NCBI GenBank assembly: GCA_963832325.1
Contig: CAWHTR010000005.1
Location: forward strand, 58,160 to 122,159
DNA length: 64,000 bases
Direction of reading: 5' to 3'
DNA from: an uncultured Verrucomicrobiae bacterium
GTDB lineage: Bacteria; Verrucomicrobiota; Verrucomicrobiia; Chthoniobacterales; JAATET01
Shown here piece by piece: positions 27,859 through 36,217 of this stretch. Every line of letters starts with the position of its first letter. Positions within the stretch are counted from its first letter, which is position 1. The position numbers were made by a program, and so were the translations under genes. The notes below the pieces were generated by a model. The model was not told the DNA's origin and ran no database searches. It worked only from the letters and a program-made list of their open reading frames with translations.

Positions 27859-28671
27859 TCACTGCAACTTCATCCAAGGCTCCTCGCCCTCCTTCGACTG
27901 CACCGAATTCATCAGGACAAAGAGCAGCTGCTCCAGCACCTCCGGCGTCGTCTTGTAAACGTCCGTCTCCCCCACCGGAGGATTCCAGACCACCGATTGG
28001 AAACCCGGAGCAAACTGGAGATCCTTGATCTTCACCGTCGCCGTAAACGTCTTCTGCACCACCTTGATCTGCCGCGGCACGTAGCCGTCCGCCACCCAGA
28101 TTGAGGCGCGGAAGTCCTCCGCCTTCGCGGCCTTCGCCAGCTCCGGCATCAACCCACCGGACAACACCCGCGTCGGCTCCCCGTCCAGATCCTCGATCAA
28201 CACCCCCTCCTCCATCACGAAAAGCGCCGGCAAAAACACCGCCTGCTGCGCAGAAATCGGCAGAAAGAGCGGCGTGTTCTTCTTCTCCGTCGGCTTCGGC
28301 AATTTCCCCGCGAATTGCTTCAGCAGATACTCGATCTTCGCCCCCGGCACTGCCCAGACCTCGTCGCCGTTCCGGCACACCGTCATCCGCTCACCCAACA
28401 CCGGAGCCGTCAATTTCACCTTGTCCGGAAATTGTGCCGCCGCGTCCAGCGTCGCCCCCTCGAACTCCTTCGGGAGCCGACCCGTTACCTCGCTCATCAC
28501 AATCTTCAGCGCCATCGCCCGATCCTGACCCTCCCCGCCCGCCAGCAACACACTCCAAAACGGCTGAAAGATCTTCGCCACGACGTCGTAACGATTTTCC
28601 GTCGGAGCCTCCGCCCGTAGAAACCCAAGAGACCCGAAAACCACCAAACCAAAAATCGCCAAAGACTTCAT
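27859..28671 (-). CDS. Secreted hypothetical protein
   Basis: Start at MKSLAIFGLVVFGSLGFLRA (signal peptide). Mostly beta-strand-like sequence with no recognised motif. Confidence 0.55.
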   Translation of the reverse strand: MKSLAIFGLVVFGSLGFLRAEAPTENRYDVVAKIFQPFWSVLLAGGEGQDRAMALKIVMSEVTGRLPKEFEGATLDAAAQFPDKVKLTAPVLGERMTVCRNGDEVWAVPGAKIEYLLKQFAGKLPKPTEKKNTPLFLPISAQQAVFLPALFVMEEGVLIEDLDGEPTRVLSGGLMPELAKAAKAEDFRASIWVADGYVPRQIKVVQKTFTATVKIKDLQFAPGFQSVVWNPPVGETDVYKTTPEVLEQLLFVLMNSVQSKEGEEPWMKLQ

Positions 28672-28771
28672 AAGAGCCGCATCAATAAGCCCGCCCCCCA
28701 ACAATTACAATCCTCGCGCAGAAACGCGAAGACCCCGAGAATTTCCGGGAAAATCCCTCGCACAACGAATC

Positions 28772-28795
28772 CCTCCGCGCCTCCGCGCCTCCGCG
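28772..28795. repeat. Perfect 8-bp x3 tandem repeat (CCTCCGCG) upstream of exbB
   Basis: CCTCCGCG CCTCCGCG CCTCCGCG read directly. Ends 52 nt upstream of the exbB ATG, in the 176-bp divergent spacer. Confidence 0.9.
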
Positions 28796-28847
28796 CGAGA
28801 AAAATCACTTCCACCCACCGCCCACCTACCCGATAACACATCCTCAA

Positions 28848-29618
28848 ATGCTGGCCTGGTCCCTACTCGTCGCCCAAGAAGGCACCGGCCTCTTCTATGC
28901 CTTCACCAACTCCACCGTCGAAGGCAAGGCGATCCTTTTCACCCTCTTCATCGCGTCGATCTTCAGTTGGTCCGTGATGATCACCAAGTTCCGCGTCCTC
29001 GCGTTCGCCAGCCGCCAGGCCGCCCGCTTCTCCGACCTCTTCCACCGCGACCGCCTGCCGCTCCGCGTTTACGAAAGCGGCGTCCGCTTCGACGGCACCG
29101 CCCTCTTCCACATCTACGAGGCCGGCTGCGACGAACTCTGCTTCCAAATGCTCGGCTCCACCGAAGTCGACGAAACCTTCCGCGCCCGCCTCGAGGCCTC
29201 GAACAAAATCACCCCCGCGCAGATGCGCACCGTCACCGCCGCCATGGAACGAGCCGTCGGAGAATCCGCCCTCGACCTCGAAGCCCAGATGAACGTCCTC
29301 GCCATGGCCGTCTCCGGCGCCCCGTTCCTCGGTCTCCTCGGCACCGTCTGGGGCGTCATGGACGCCTTCTCCGGCATCGCCGCCGCCGGCAACGCCAACC
29401 TCGCCGCCATGGCCCCCGGCGTCTCCGGCGCGCTCATCACCACCGTCGTCGGCCTCCTCGTCGCCATCCCCGCCATGTTCGGCTACAACTTCCTCGTCGC
29501 CTCGATCCGCAAAATCCTGGTCGAATCCGACAACTTCGCCGCCGAACTCTCGTCCGAAATCGAGCACCGCTACGTCGACCACGGCTACCCCGGAGCCCGC
29601 CGCTCCACCGACCACTAA
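28848..29618 (+). CDS. exbB: MotA/TolQ/ExbB proton-channel protein
   Basis: 256 aa. Conserved C-terminal TM2-TM3 region (APFLGLLGTVWGVMDAF...AMAPGVSGALITTVVGLLVAIPA). Confidence 0.9.
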   Translation: MLAWSLLVAQEGTGLFYAFTNSTVEGKAILFTLFIASIFSWSVMITKFRVLAFASRQAARFSDLFHRDRLPLRVYESGVRFDGTALFHIYEAGCDELCFQMLGSTEVDETFRARLEASNKITPAQMRTVTAAMERAVGESALDLEAQMNVLAMAVSGAPFLGLLGTVWGVMDAFSGIAAAGNANLAAMAPGVSGALITTVVGLLVAIPAMFGYNFLVASIRKILVESDNFAAELSSEIEHRYVDHGYPGARRSTDH

Positions 29619-29638
29619 TCCGACCTTCCGACCAACAA

Positions 29639-30067
29639 GTGCGCCGCTTCTCCGACCGCCAAAGCCTGCAGACGCTCACCGACCTGAACGTCACCCCACT
29701 GCTCGACCTCGCGTTCGTGCTTCTGATCATTTTCATGATCACGACCCCGCTCATCGAGAACAGTCTCGACCTCGTCGTCCCCACCAGCTCCACCGCCCAG
29801 AGCGAAGTCAACCCGGAAGACGTGCAAATGATCGCCATCAACCGCGACGCCACCCTCGAACTCAACGACACCCCCGTCACCGCCGAAGAACTCGAGTCCC
29901 AGCTCACTTCCCTCCACGCGGCCAACCCCAACATCGCCGTCGTCGTCCGCCCGGACAAGGACCTCGCGATCCAGCGATTCGTCTCCGTCATGGACATTCT
30001 CCAGCGCGTCAGCATCACCAAAGTCGGCGTCATGACCCGCCCCGAAGACGCGCCCGCCGCGCCTTGA
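29639..30067 (+). CDS. exbD: ExbD/TolR biopolymer transport protein
   Basis: GTG start at 29639. [24 protein letters not shown] motif and a periplasmic domain. The rest of the listed ORF (28967-) is an out-of-frame overlap of exbB. Confidence 0.85.
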   Translation: MRRFSDRQSLQTLTDLNVTPLLDLAFVLLIIFMITTPLIENSLDLVVPTSSTAQSEVNPEDVQMIAINRDATLELNDTPVTAEELESQLTSLHAANPNIAVVVRPDKDLAIQRFVSVMDILQRVSITKVGVMTRPEDAPAAP

Positions 30068-30074
30068 TCGTCCC

Positions 30075-31160
30075 GTGAAAAGACGTCGATCCCGACGAAT
30101 TAAAAAGCGCAGCCGCTTCCGCCGAACGGTCATCCTCGTCACGTTCGCTCACGCCCTCGTCATCATCGCCGTTTCGCTCATCGCGAGACCGCAAAAGGAA
30201 CCGCCCCCCGGCGAAGTCGTCTGGCTCGACGCCGCCTCGTTCGCCGCACCGGACTTCATCGAGTCCCAAACCGAAGAACCCACCCCAGAACCCACCCCCC
30301 CACCCGCCACGCCGGAACCCACCCCCGCGCCCACGCCACCACCAACTCCAGTACCGACACCCCCGCCAACTCCAGCACCCGAACCCCCCAGCGAAATCCC
30401 AATCGCAACCCCAACCCCAACCCCAACCCCAACCCCAACCCCAACTCCGACCCCAACGCCAACGCCAACGCCAACGCCAACGCCAACGCCAACGCCAACG
30501 CCAACCCCGACACCAAAGCCCACGCCGACGCCGACCCCGAAGCCCACACCAACGCCAACGCCAACGCCCAAACCAACTCCAGAACCGACCCCAAAGCCGA
30601 CCCCCACCCCAAAACCGACCCCTGAACCCACTCCCACTCCCACACCAACCCCCAAACCAACTCCGACCCCGACGCCCAAGCCAACCGCCACTCCGAAACC
30701 CACCCCAGAACCAACGCCAAAACCCACCCCCGAATCCACCCCAACTCCGGTCAAAAAAGCCGAAGCCGTCAAACCCGACTTACCCAAACCCGGCGAGTCC
30801 GAATCCGACACCGAATCCACCAACGACACCGAATCCACCAACGACACCGAGTCCGGTGCCGGCGGAGAATCCGACTTCGGTTGGTACCACGATCTCATCC
30901 ACGACTCCTTCTTCAGTCAGTGGGACCAACCCACTTCCATCTTCGACGCCCAGCGCTCCTTCGTCACCACCCTCCAACTCAAGATCCGGAAGGACGGCAC
31001 CGTCGCCTCCGCCAGCGTCATCAAAGGGAGCGGCAACCCGGTCATGGATCAATCCGTCCTCGCCGCTGCCAAGCGCGTCACCCGCATCGCCCCCCTCCCC
31101 GCGGGCCTGGCCGACGACGACACCTACACCGTCAACATCGCGTTCGAACTCGATCAGTAG
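30075..31160 (+). CDS. tonB: TonB-family energy transducer with an unusually long Pro/Thr-rich linker
   Basis: GTG start. N-terminal TM ([19 protein letters not shown]). The ~150-aa linker is almost entirely (T/K/E)P repeats. C-terminal TonB domain (...[28 protein letters not shown]...YTVNIAFEL). Confidence 0.8.
   Translation: MKRRRSRRIKKRSRFRRTVILVTFAHALVIIAVSLIARPQKEPPPGEVVWLDAASFAAPDFIESQTEEPTPEPTPPPATPEPTPAPTPPPTPVPTPPPTPAPEPPSEIPIATPTPTPTPTPTPTPTPTPTPTPTPTPTPTPTPTPTPKPTPTPTPKPTPTPTPTPKPTPEPTPKPTPTPKPTPEPTPTPTPTPKPTPTPTPKPTATPKPTPEPTPKPTPESTPTPVKKAEAVKPDLPKPGESESDTESTNDTESTNDTESGAGGESDFGWYHDLIHDSFFSQWDQPTSIFDAQRSFVTTLQLKIRKDGTVASASVIKGSGNPVMDQSVLAAAKRVTRIAPLPAGLADDDTYTVNIAFELDQ
30405..30506. 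repeat. In-frame hexanucleotide microsatellite (CCAACC)n/(CCAACG)n inside tonB
   Basis: Five perfect CCAACC units (30411-30440) followed by eight perfect CCAACG units (30453-30500). Embedded in a ~460-bp ACNCCN low-complexity tract (about 30290-30750). Confidence 0.9.
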
Positions 31161-31165
31161 AATCA

Positions 31166-31293
31166 GTCAAAAGGTCAGAAAGTCGAAACGTCAGTTCAGA
31201 ATCGCTGGTGCGATTTTCAAAAAAACCTTCGCCAAGCCCACCGGGCGAAGCCCGCACTTCAACCTTAGACTTTCCGACCTTTCGACCTTAGAC
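31166..31293. repeat. Composite intergenic element B: GTC-spaced purine-unit arm and complementary pyrimidine arm
   Basis: Left arm is GTCAAAAGGTCAGAAAGTCGAAACGTCAG (31166-31194). Right arm is CCTTAGACTTTCCGACCTTTCGACCTTAGAC (31263-31293). Internal hairpins are AATCGC/GCGATT and CTTCGCC/GGCGAAG. Same unit family as element A. Confidence 0.65.
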
Positions 31294-31300
31294 TCCCCCC

Positions 31301-31960
31301 ATGAAGCGTCTCCTGACCCTCACTCTCACCGCCATCACCTCGCTCAGCGGACTCGCCATCGCCCAATCGCCCCCCCCCCTTCCAGGAGATGGCAAGCACG
31401 TCGAACTCTATCAGCTCATCTTCAACGAAGAGAAAAATGCGTTCGTCGACCCCGCGAACCAGGAACCTTACACCGGCCCCATCATCGTCACTTATCCCGG
31501 CGGCCAGCCCGAAACGATCGGACGATTGGAAGCCGGCAAAGAGGAAGGCTACTGGATTGAATTTTACGAAAACGGGACGAAAAGCGCCGAGGGAAACTAC
31601 CGGGCCGCCAAGGAAGTCGGACAGTGGTATTTCTATTGGGAAGACGGCAAAATCGAGTCGGAAGGCGTCTACGAGGATGGCTCAATGGAAGGGGTTTGGA
31701 AGGACTTCTACGAATCTGGAGAACTCACCAGCGAAGGCACCTACCGCGACGGGAAAGCCGAAGGATCCTGGAAAATCGCCGACGAAGAGACGGGGGAGCT
31801 AATCACCGTTTACTACAAAGACGGCGAAGAAATCCCCCCTCCGTCCGACGAAGCCTCGCCAACCACCACGGCATCGCCGTCCCCCACGGCATCGCCGTCC
31901 CCCACGGCATCGCCGTCCCCCGAGGCATCGCCGTCCCCCGAACCCACCGCGACCCCCTAG
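31301..31960 (+). CDS. Secreted MORN-repeat (YwqK-like) protein with a (T/E)ASPSP tail
   Basis: Signal peptide MKRLLTLTLTAITSLSGLAIA. Repeated G.W..(F)Y.(N/D)G motifs (EGYWIEFYENG, GQWYFYWEDG, GVWKDFYESG). Pro/Ser repeats at the C-terminus. Confidence 0.75.
   Translation: MKRLLTLTLTAITSLSGLAIAQSPPPLPGDGKHVELYQLIFNEEKNAFVDPANQEPYTGPIIVTYPGGQPETIGRLEAGKEEGYWIEFYENGTKSAEGNYRAAKEVGQWYFYWEDGKIESEGVYEDGSMEGVWKDFYESGELTSEGTYRDGKAEGSWKIADEETGELITVYYKDGEEIPPPSDEASPTTTASPSPTASPSPTASPSPEASPSPEPTATP
31867..31938. repeat. 18-bp tandem repeat x4 (3 perfect + 1 variant) inside a CDS
   Basis: CACGGCATCGCCGTCCCC at 31867, 31885 and 31903, and CGAGGCATCGCCGTCCCC at 31921. Encodes the TASPSP/EASPSP units. Confidence 0.9.
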
Positions 31961-32101
31961 GTCCCCAACGCGCAACGCGCCGGACCAGGGTGATCAGAAA
32001 GATCACCGGTCGAAAGTTCGCCGTTCGCCCATCGGACCAACTCACCCTCCCCGCGGTCTTCCACCTTGCCGCCGTCTCCGCCACCACGCAGAGTGCGGCC
32101 C

Positions 32102-33382
32102 ATGAGCGACTCCCGGGACAATTTCTGGAGAAAGCGGGCCCGCCTCACCGCCCTGCGTCACAACCTCGCCGCCTGGCTCGCCTCGCTCCTCCCGGCGGTC
32201 CTCGTCCTCTCGACACTCACCGCCTGCACGCTTGTCCTCCTCCGCCAGCGCGGCCCACTCCCCCCCGCCTTCGGACCCACCGTCGCGATCGCGTTCCTCC
32301 TCGCCACCCTCTACGCTCTTCTCCGCGCCAGAAATCAGTTCTTCACCACGACCGACGCCCTTCTGCGCCTCGACGTTTCTCTCGGCCTCCACAATCGACT
32401 CACGTCTGCGGCCCGAGGCGTCGGCGAGTTTCCCCCGCCCCGCCCCACCCCGGACGGCTTCAAGTGGCGTTGGCAGCCCATCGCCGCTTCCCTGACCGGC
32501 TGCGCCGCCGTTCTCCTCATTGCCACCTACATCCCCGTCTCCCGCGCCAACGCGACTTTCCGCCCGCTCCAACCTCCAACCGCCTGGACCGAAACCCAAA
32601 CTTGGGCCGAGCGACTCGCAGAATCCGAAATCGTCGAACCCGAAGCCGTCCAATCGCTTGAAGAAAAACTTGCCGCCCTCCGCGACCAACCCGCCGAAGA
32701 GTGGTTCAGCCACTCCAGCCTCGAAGCGGGCGACAGCCTCCGCGACCAGACCGCCCAATCCCTCCGCTCCCTCGAACGCAACCTCACCGAAGCCGCCTCG
32801 CAATTGGAAGCCTCCGCGGCCGCCCACCAGCTCCCCGACTCCGCCCTCCAACAGCTCAAAAATCAATTCGGTGAAACCCTCGCGGACCTCGAACTCGGCA
32901 ACCTCCCGCTCAACTCCGAACTTCTCGCCGACCTGAAAAATCTCGACCTCTCCCAAGCCCGCCAGCTCAGCCCCGACCAGATGAAGGCTCTTCAGGAGCG
33001 CCTGAAATCGGGGGCAGGCGTCTGCGAAGCCTGCCTCGGCCCGGGCGAAGGCGGCGGCGAGTCTCTCGTCGACGGCCTCCTCCTCACCCCCGGCCAAGGC
33101 GGCATCAGCCGGGGACCCGGCACCGGCCCCGTCGGGCGCACCCAACAACCCACCAATCTCGGCGGCGGCGTTCCCGAACAAATCTCCAACGAGGACCTCA
33201 CCCGCGCCCTCCCCGCCGAAGTCCTCGGCGTCGGAGCCGGCGAACACGACGTCCCCACTCCCACCGACTCCGGCCCCCTCGCAGGTGGGACGATCTCCAC
33301 GACCGGGACCGGCGGCGACGCCGTCTGGCGCAACAACCTCAATCCCGAAGAACGCCAAACCCTCCGACGCTTTTTCAAATAG
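32102..33382 (+). CDS. Membrane protein with coiled-coil/low-complexity ectodomain (first gene of the MoxR operon)
   Basis: Start taken at MSDSRDNFW (an alternative ATG is at 32066). Three hydrophobic helices, then helical repeats (LEEKLAALRDQ..., LQQLKNQF...). Ends ...NLNPEERQTLRRFFK. The stop is 12 nt before moxR. Confidence 0.55.
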   Translation: MSDSRDNFWRKRARLTALRHNLAAWLASLLPAVLVLSTLTACTLVLLRQRGPLPPAFGPTVAIAFLLATLYALLRARNQFFTTTDALLRLDVSLGLHNRLTSAARGVGEFPPPRPTPDGFKWRWQPIAASLTGCAAVLLIATYIPVSRANATFRPLQPPTAWTETQTWAERLAESEIVEPEAVQSLEEKLAALRDQPAEEWFSHSSLEAGDSLRDQTAQSLRSLERNLTEAASQLEASAAAHQLPDSALQQLKNQFGETLADLELGNLPLNSELLADLKNLDLSQARQLSPDQMKALQERLKSGAGVCEACLGPGEGGGESLVDGLLLTPGQGGISRGPGTGPVGRTQQPTNLGGGVPEQISNEDLTRALPAEVLGVGAGEHDVPTPTDSGPLAGGTISTTGTGGDAVWRNNLNPEERQTLRRFFK

Positions 33383-33394
33383 TAAAACTTACCC

Positions 33395-34417
33395 GTGCCC
33401 ACGAATCCCGCCACCGAGTCCGAAGTCACCGCCGCCCGCGCCTCCCTCCAGCGCCTCCAGACCACCCTCAACCAGGTCCTGTTCGGGCAGGAGACCCTCA
33501 TCGACCTCGTCGTCACCGGACTCCTCGCCCGCGGCCACCTTCTCCTCGAAGGCCTCCCCGGCCTCGGTAAGACGGAACTCGTCAAGGGCCTCGCCCGCGC
33601 CCTCCAGATCGACGGCAGCCGCGTCCAGTTCACCCCGGATCTCCTCCCCGGCGACATCACCGGCAATCCGATTCTCCAGGAGGAAAATGGCCGCCGCGCC
33701 TTCGTCTTCGCCCCCGGCCCCCTCTTCGCCAACCTCGTCCTCGCCGACGAAATCAACCGCGCCTCCCCCAAGACCCAATCCGCCCTCCTCGAAGCCATGC
33801 AGGAGCGCCGCGTCACCGTCATGGGCGAATCCCACCCCCTCCCCGACCCCTTCTTCGTCCTCGCCACCCAGAACCCCATCGAACTCGAAGGCACCTACCC
33901 GCTCCCGGAAGCCCAGCTCGACCGCTTCCTCTTCAAACTCGAAGTCACCCGCAACTCCGTCGACGTCCTCCAACGCATCGTCCTCAACCGCGAGATCGGG
34001 CAGGAGCCAAACGTCGAACCCGTCCTCGACCGCCAAGCACTCATCGACCTTTCAGCCCTCTCGCGCCGCATCTACCTCCCCGACGTCGTCGCCAACTTCA
34101 TTGCCCGCCTCGTCGACGCGACCCACCCGGGTCAATCCAAAGCCGCCGCCGGCATCAAGTTCGGTGCCAGCCCCCGCGCCGCCCTCGGCCTCGCCGCCGC
34201 CGCCCGCGCCCGCGCCCTCCTCGCCGGTCGCCTCAACGCATCGTTCGAAGATGTCAGCGCCCTCGCGATCCCCGTCCTCCAGCATCGCATCATCCTCGAC
34301 TACTCCGCCCGCGTGGAAGGCCGCACCCCCGCCGCCACCATCCGCACCATCCTCGAGGAAATTCCCGCCCAGGACCGCCCCACCCCCTCCACCCTCCAAG
34401 CAGCGAAGATCCAATGA
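33395..34417 (+). CDS. MoxR-family AAA+ ATPase
   Basis: GTG start. Walker A GLPGLGKT, Walker B LADEINRASPKTQSALLEAMQE, and FFVLATQNPIELEGTYPLPEAQLDRF, the diagnostic MoxR core. Confidence 0.93.
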   Translation: MPTNPATESEVTAARASLQRLQTTLNQVLFGQETLIDLVVTGLLARGHLLLEGLPGLGKTELVKGLARALQIDGSRVQFTPDLLPGDITGNPILQEENGRRAFVFAPGPLFANLVLADEINRASPKTQSALLEAMQERRVTVMGESHPLPDPFFVLATQNPIELEGTYPLPEAQLDRFLFKLEVTRNSVDVLQRIVLNREIGQEPNVEPVLDRQALIDLSALSRRIYLPDVVANFIARLVDATHPGQSKAAAGIKFGASPRAALGLAAAARARALLAGRLNASFEDVSALAIPVLQHRIILDYSARVEGRTPAATIRTILEEIPAQDRPTPSTLQAAKIQ

Positions 34418-36108
34418 CGTTCATCTTCCCGACCCTTCTCACCCTCGCACTTTCCGTCACCGCCTTCTCTTCCGCCCACGCCGGTTGGACGGAGCAGCTC
34501 CCCACCGACGAGGGAGTCACCGTGACCCTCACCTCCCCCTTCAACCAACTTCCCTCCGTCGGCTACCTCCCCATCAACGCCACCATCGTCAACGACTCCG
34601 AACGTCCCCTCACCTACGACGTCCTCGCGACAACCACCAGCGGCTACGGGACCAACCAAACCGCCACGTCCACCAGCCAGCAGCTCACCATTCCACCTAA
34701 CCAAAGCCTCACCGCACCCCTCCTCGTTCCCATCGCCCCCACCGACGCCACAACCGGCCAATACCGCCAAACCCAGGTCACCGTCGTCGGCCCCGGAATC
34801 CGCGAAAACGGGATGACCCAGTATCCGAACGTCGGATCCAACTCGGGCAACGTCACCGCCTTCACCGCCCTCAGCGACGACCTAGCCCTTCGCTCCTGGG
34901 GTCCCCTCTCGGAACAGGCCGAGAAAAATAATCGCCCCCTCGCGGGCACCCGCTTTACCCCCCTCGACCTTCCCGACGACTGGCTCGGTCTCAGCGGCAT
35001 CGCCAGTCTTTGGATCACCGCCAACGAACTCGACTCCCTCACTCCGGCCCAGCGCACCGCCGTCGACAATTGGATCCGCCAGGGGGGTCACCTCTTCTGG
35101 GTCCTCGAAGAAAATTCCAACCGCACGGTCGCAGAATTCGCGGACTCTGGACTCGGGACCGTCTCGCTCCGCCGCTGGAACGGCACGGAACTCCCCACCG
35201 CCGAAACGTTGGCCGACATCACCAAGGAACCGTCCGCCAACCGCTCTCTCACCCAGGACTACACCAGCGGTTGGAAGCTCGCCGACCTCGTCGGTCAACT
35301 TCGCCTCCCCGTCACCCTCCTCGTCGCCTTCATCATTCTCTTCGCCGTCATCGTCGGTCCGATAAACCTCTTCGTCTTCGCCCGCGCCGGACGCCGCCAG
35401 CGCCTCTTCTGGACCACCCCTCTCATCTCCATCGTCGCCAGCCTCCTCCTCGGGATCATCATCTGGTTCCAGGACGGCTCCGGCGGCGATGGCCAGCGCA
35501 TGGTCCTCGGCGTCCTCAGCCCCGGCACCAACCAACTGCTCATCCGCCAGGAACAGATATCCCGCAGCGGTCTCCTCCTCGACCGCGACTTCACCCTCGC
35601 GGAAGACGCCCTCATCGCCCGCATTTCCCTCACCAGCGACCCCAATCTCGAAACCGCCCGCCGTTTCGAACAGACCGGAAAAAATGTCGCTGGCCAATGG
35701 TTCAACAGCCGAGCCGTCCAGGCCCAATACCTCGAATCCATCGTCCCCTCCCGCGCGCGCATCGAACTCGTCGACACTCAATCCGATGGCACCCCAACCC
35801 TCCTCTCCAGCGTCCCCTTCACGCTCGAAAAAATTCTCTTCACCGACAACTCCGGCACCACCTGGCAAGGCGGCCCCCTCCGGACTGGCGAAAAGATTCC
35901 CCTCACCCGGGCCACTCGAAAACAAGCCGACGACCTCCTCCGCTCCCCCACGAAATCCGCCGGTCCCCTCATCGCCCAGGCCTGGACCTCCTCCCAGGGC
36001 AAATCCAACACCTTCCACGCCCTTTCCGAACCCGGTCCCTACCTCGAAACCCTCGATTCCATCCGCTGGACCAACCACCAGTCCCTCCTCACCGGCCCCG
36101 TCGAATGA
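34414..36108 (+). CDS. Hypothetical exported/membrane protein (no recognised domain)
   Basis: ATGA overlap with moxR. Signal peptide MTFIFPTLLTLALSVTAFSSAHA. One or two internal TM helices (LPVTLLVAFIILFAVIVGPINLFVF, TTPLISIVASLLLGIIIWF). Confidence 0.6.
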   Translation: MTFIFPTLLTLALSVTAFSSAHAGWTEQLPTDEGVTVTLTSPFNQLPSVGYLPINATIVNDSERPLTYDVLATTTSGYGTNQTATSTSQQLTIPPNQSLTAPLLVPIAPTDATTGQYRQTQVTVVGPGIRENGMTQYPNVGSNSGNVTAFTALSDDLALRSWGPLSEQAEKNNRPLAGTRFTPLDLPDDWLGLSGIASLWITANELDSLTPAQRTAVDNWIRQGGHLFWVLEENSNRTVAEFADSGLGTVSLRRWNGTELPTAETLADITKEPSANRSLTQDYTSGWKLADLVGQLRLPVTLLVAFIILFAVIVGPINLFVFARAGRRQRLFWTTPLISIVASLLLGIIIWFQDGSGGDGQRMVLGVLSPGTNQLLIRQEQISRSGLLLDRDFTLAEDALIARISLTSDPNLETARRFEQTGKNVAGQWFNSRAVQAQYLESIVPSRARIELVDTQSDGTPTLLSSVPFTLEKILFTDNSGTTWQGGPLRTGEKIPLTRATRKQADDLLRSPTKSAGPLIAQAWTSSQGKSNTFHALSEPGPYLETLDSIRWTNHQSLLTGPVE

Positions 36109-36217
36109 CCGCCAACCGACACATCGGGAGCCCGCGCTTCCCAGCAGCCGACCACCTGTTCAAAACCAACCAGAGGGCGAAGCGCGAAAAGTTCCCCCAA
36201 CCAACCCTTTCCGTAAA

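Noticed and set aside
25863-28028. 721-aa Pro/Arg-rich ORF
   Set aside because: It is antisense to the vWA and DUF4126 genes and reads through the intergenic repeat element. No domain-like segments.
28967-29638. 5' extension of the exbD ORF overlapping exbB
   Set aside because: It is out of frame with the convincing ExbB CDS and Arg/Pro-rich. ExbD homology starts at the GTG at 29639.
30290-30760. Regular short repeats that could be mistaken for a CRISPR-like array
   Set aside because: The period is 6 nt with no unique spacers, it is in frame, and it encodes the TonB Pro/Thr linker. It is a coding microsatellite, not CRISPR.
30149-30898. 249-aa Gly/Val-rich ORF antisense to tonB
   Set aside because: It is the reverse-complement reading of the (ACNCCN)n linker repeats, a pure low-complexity artefact.
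31301-31960. YwqK-family antitoxin, implying a toxin-antitoxin pair
   Set aside because: The protein has an N-terminal signal peptide and no adjacent toxin-like gene. MORN repeats alone do not indicate a TA system.
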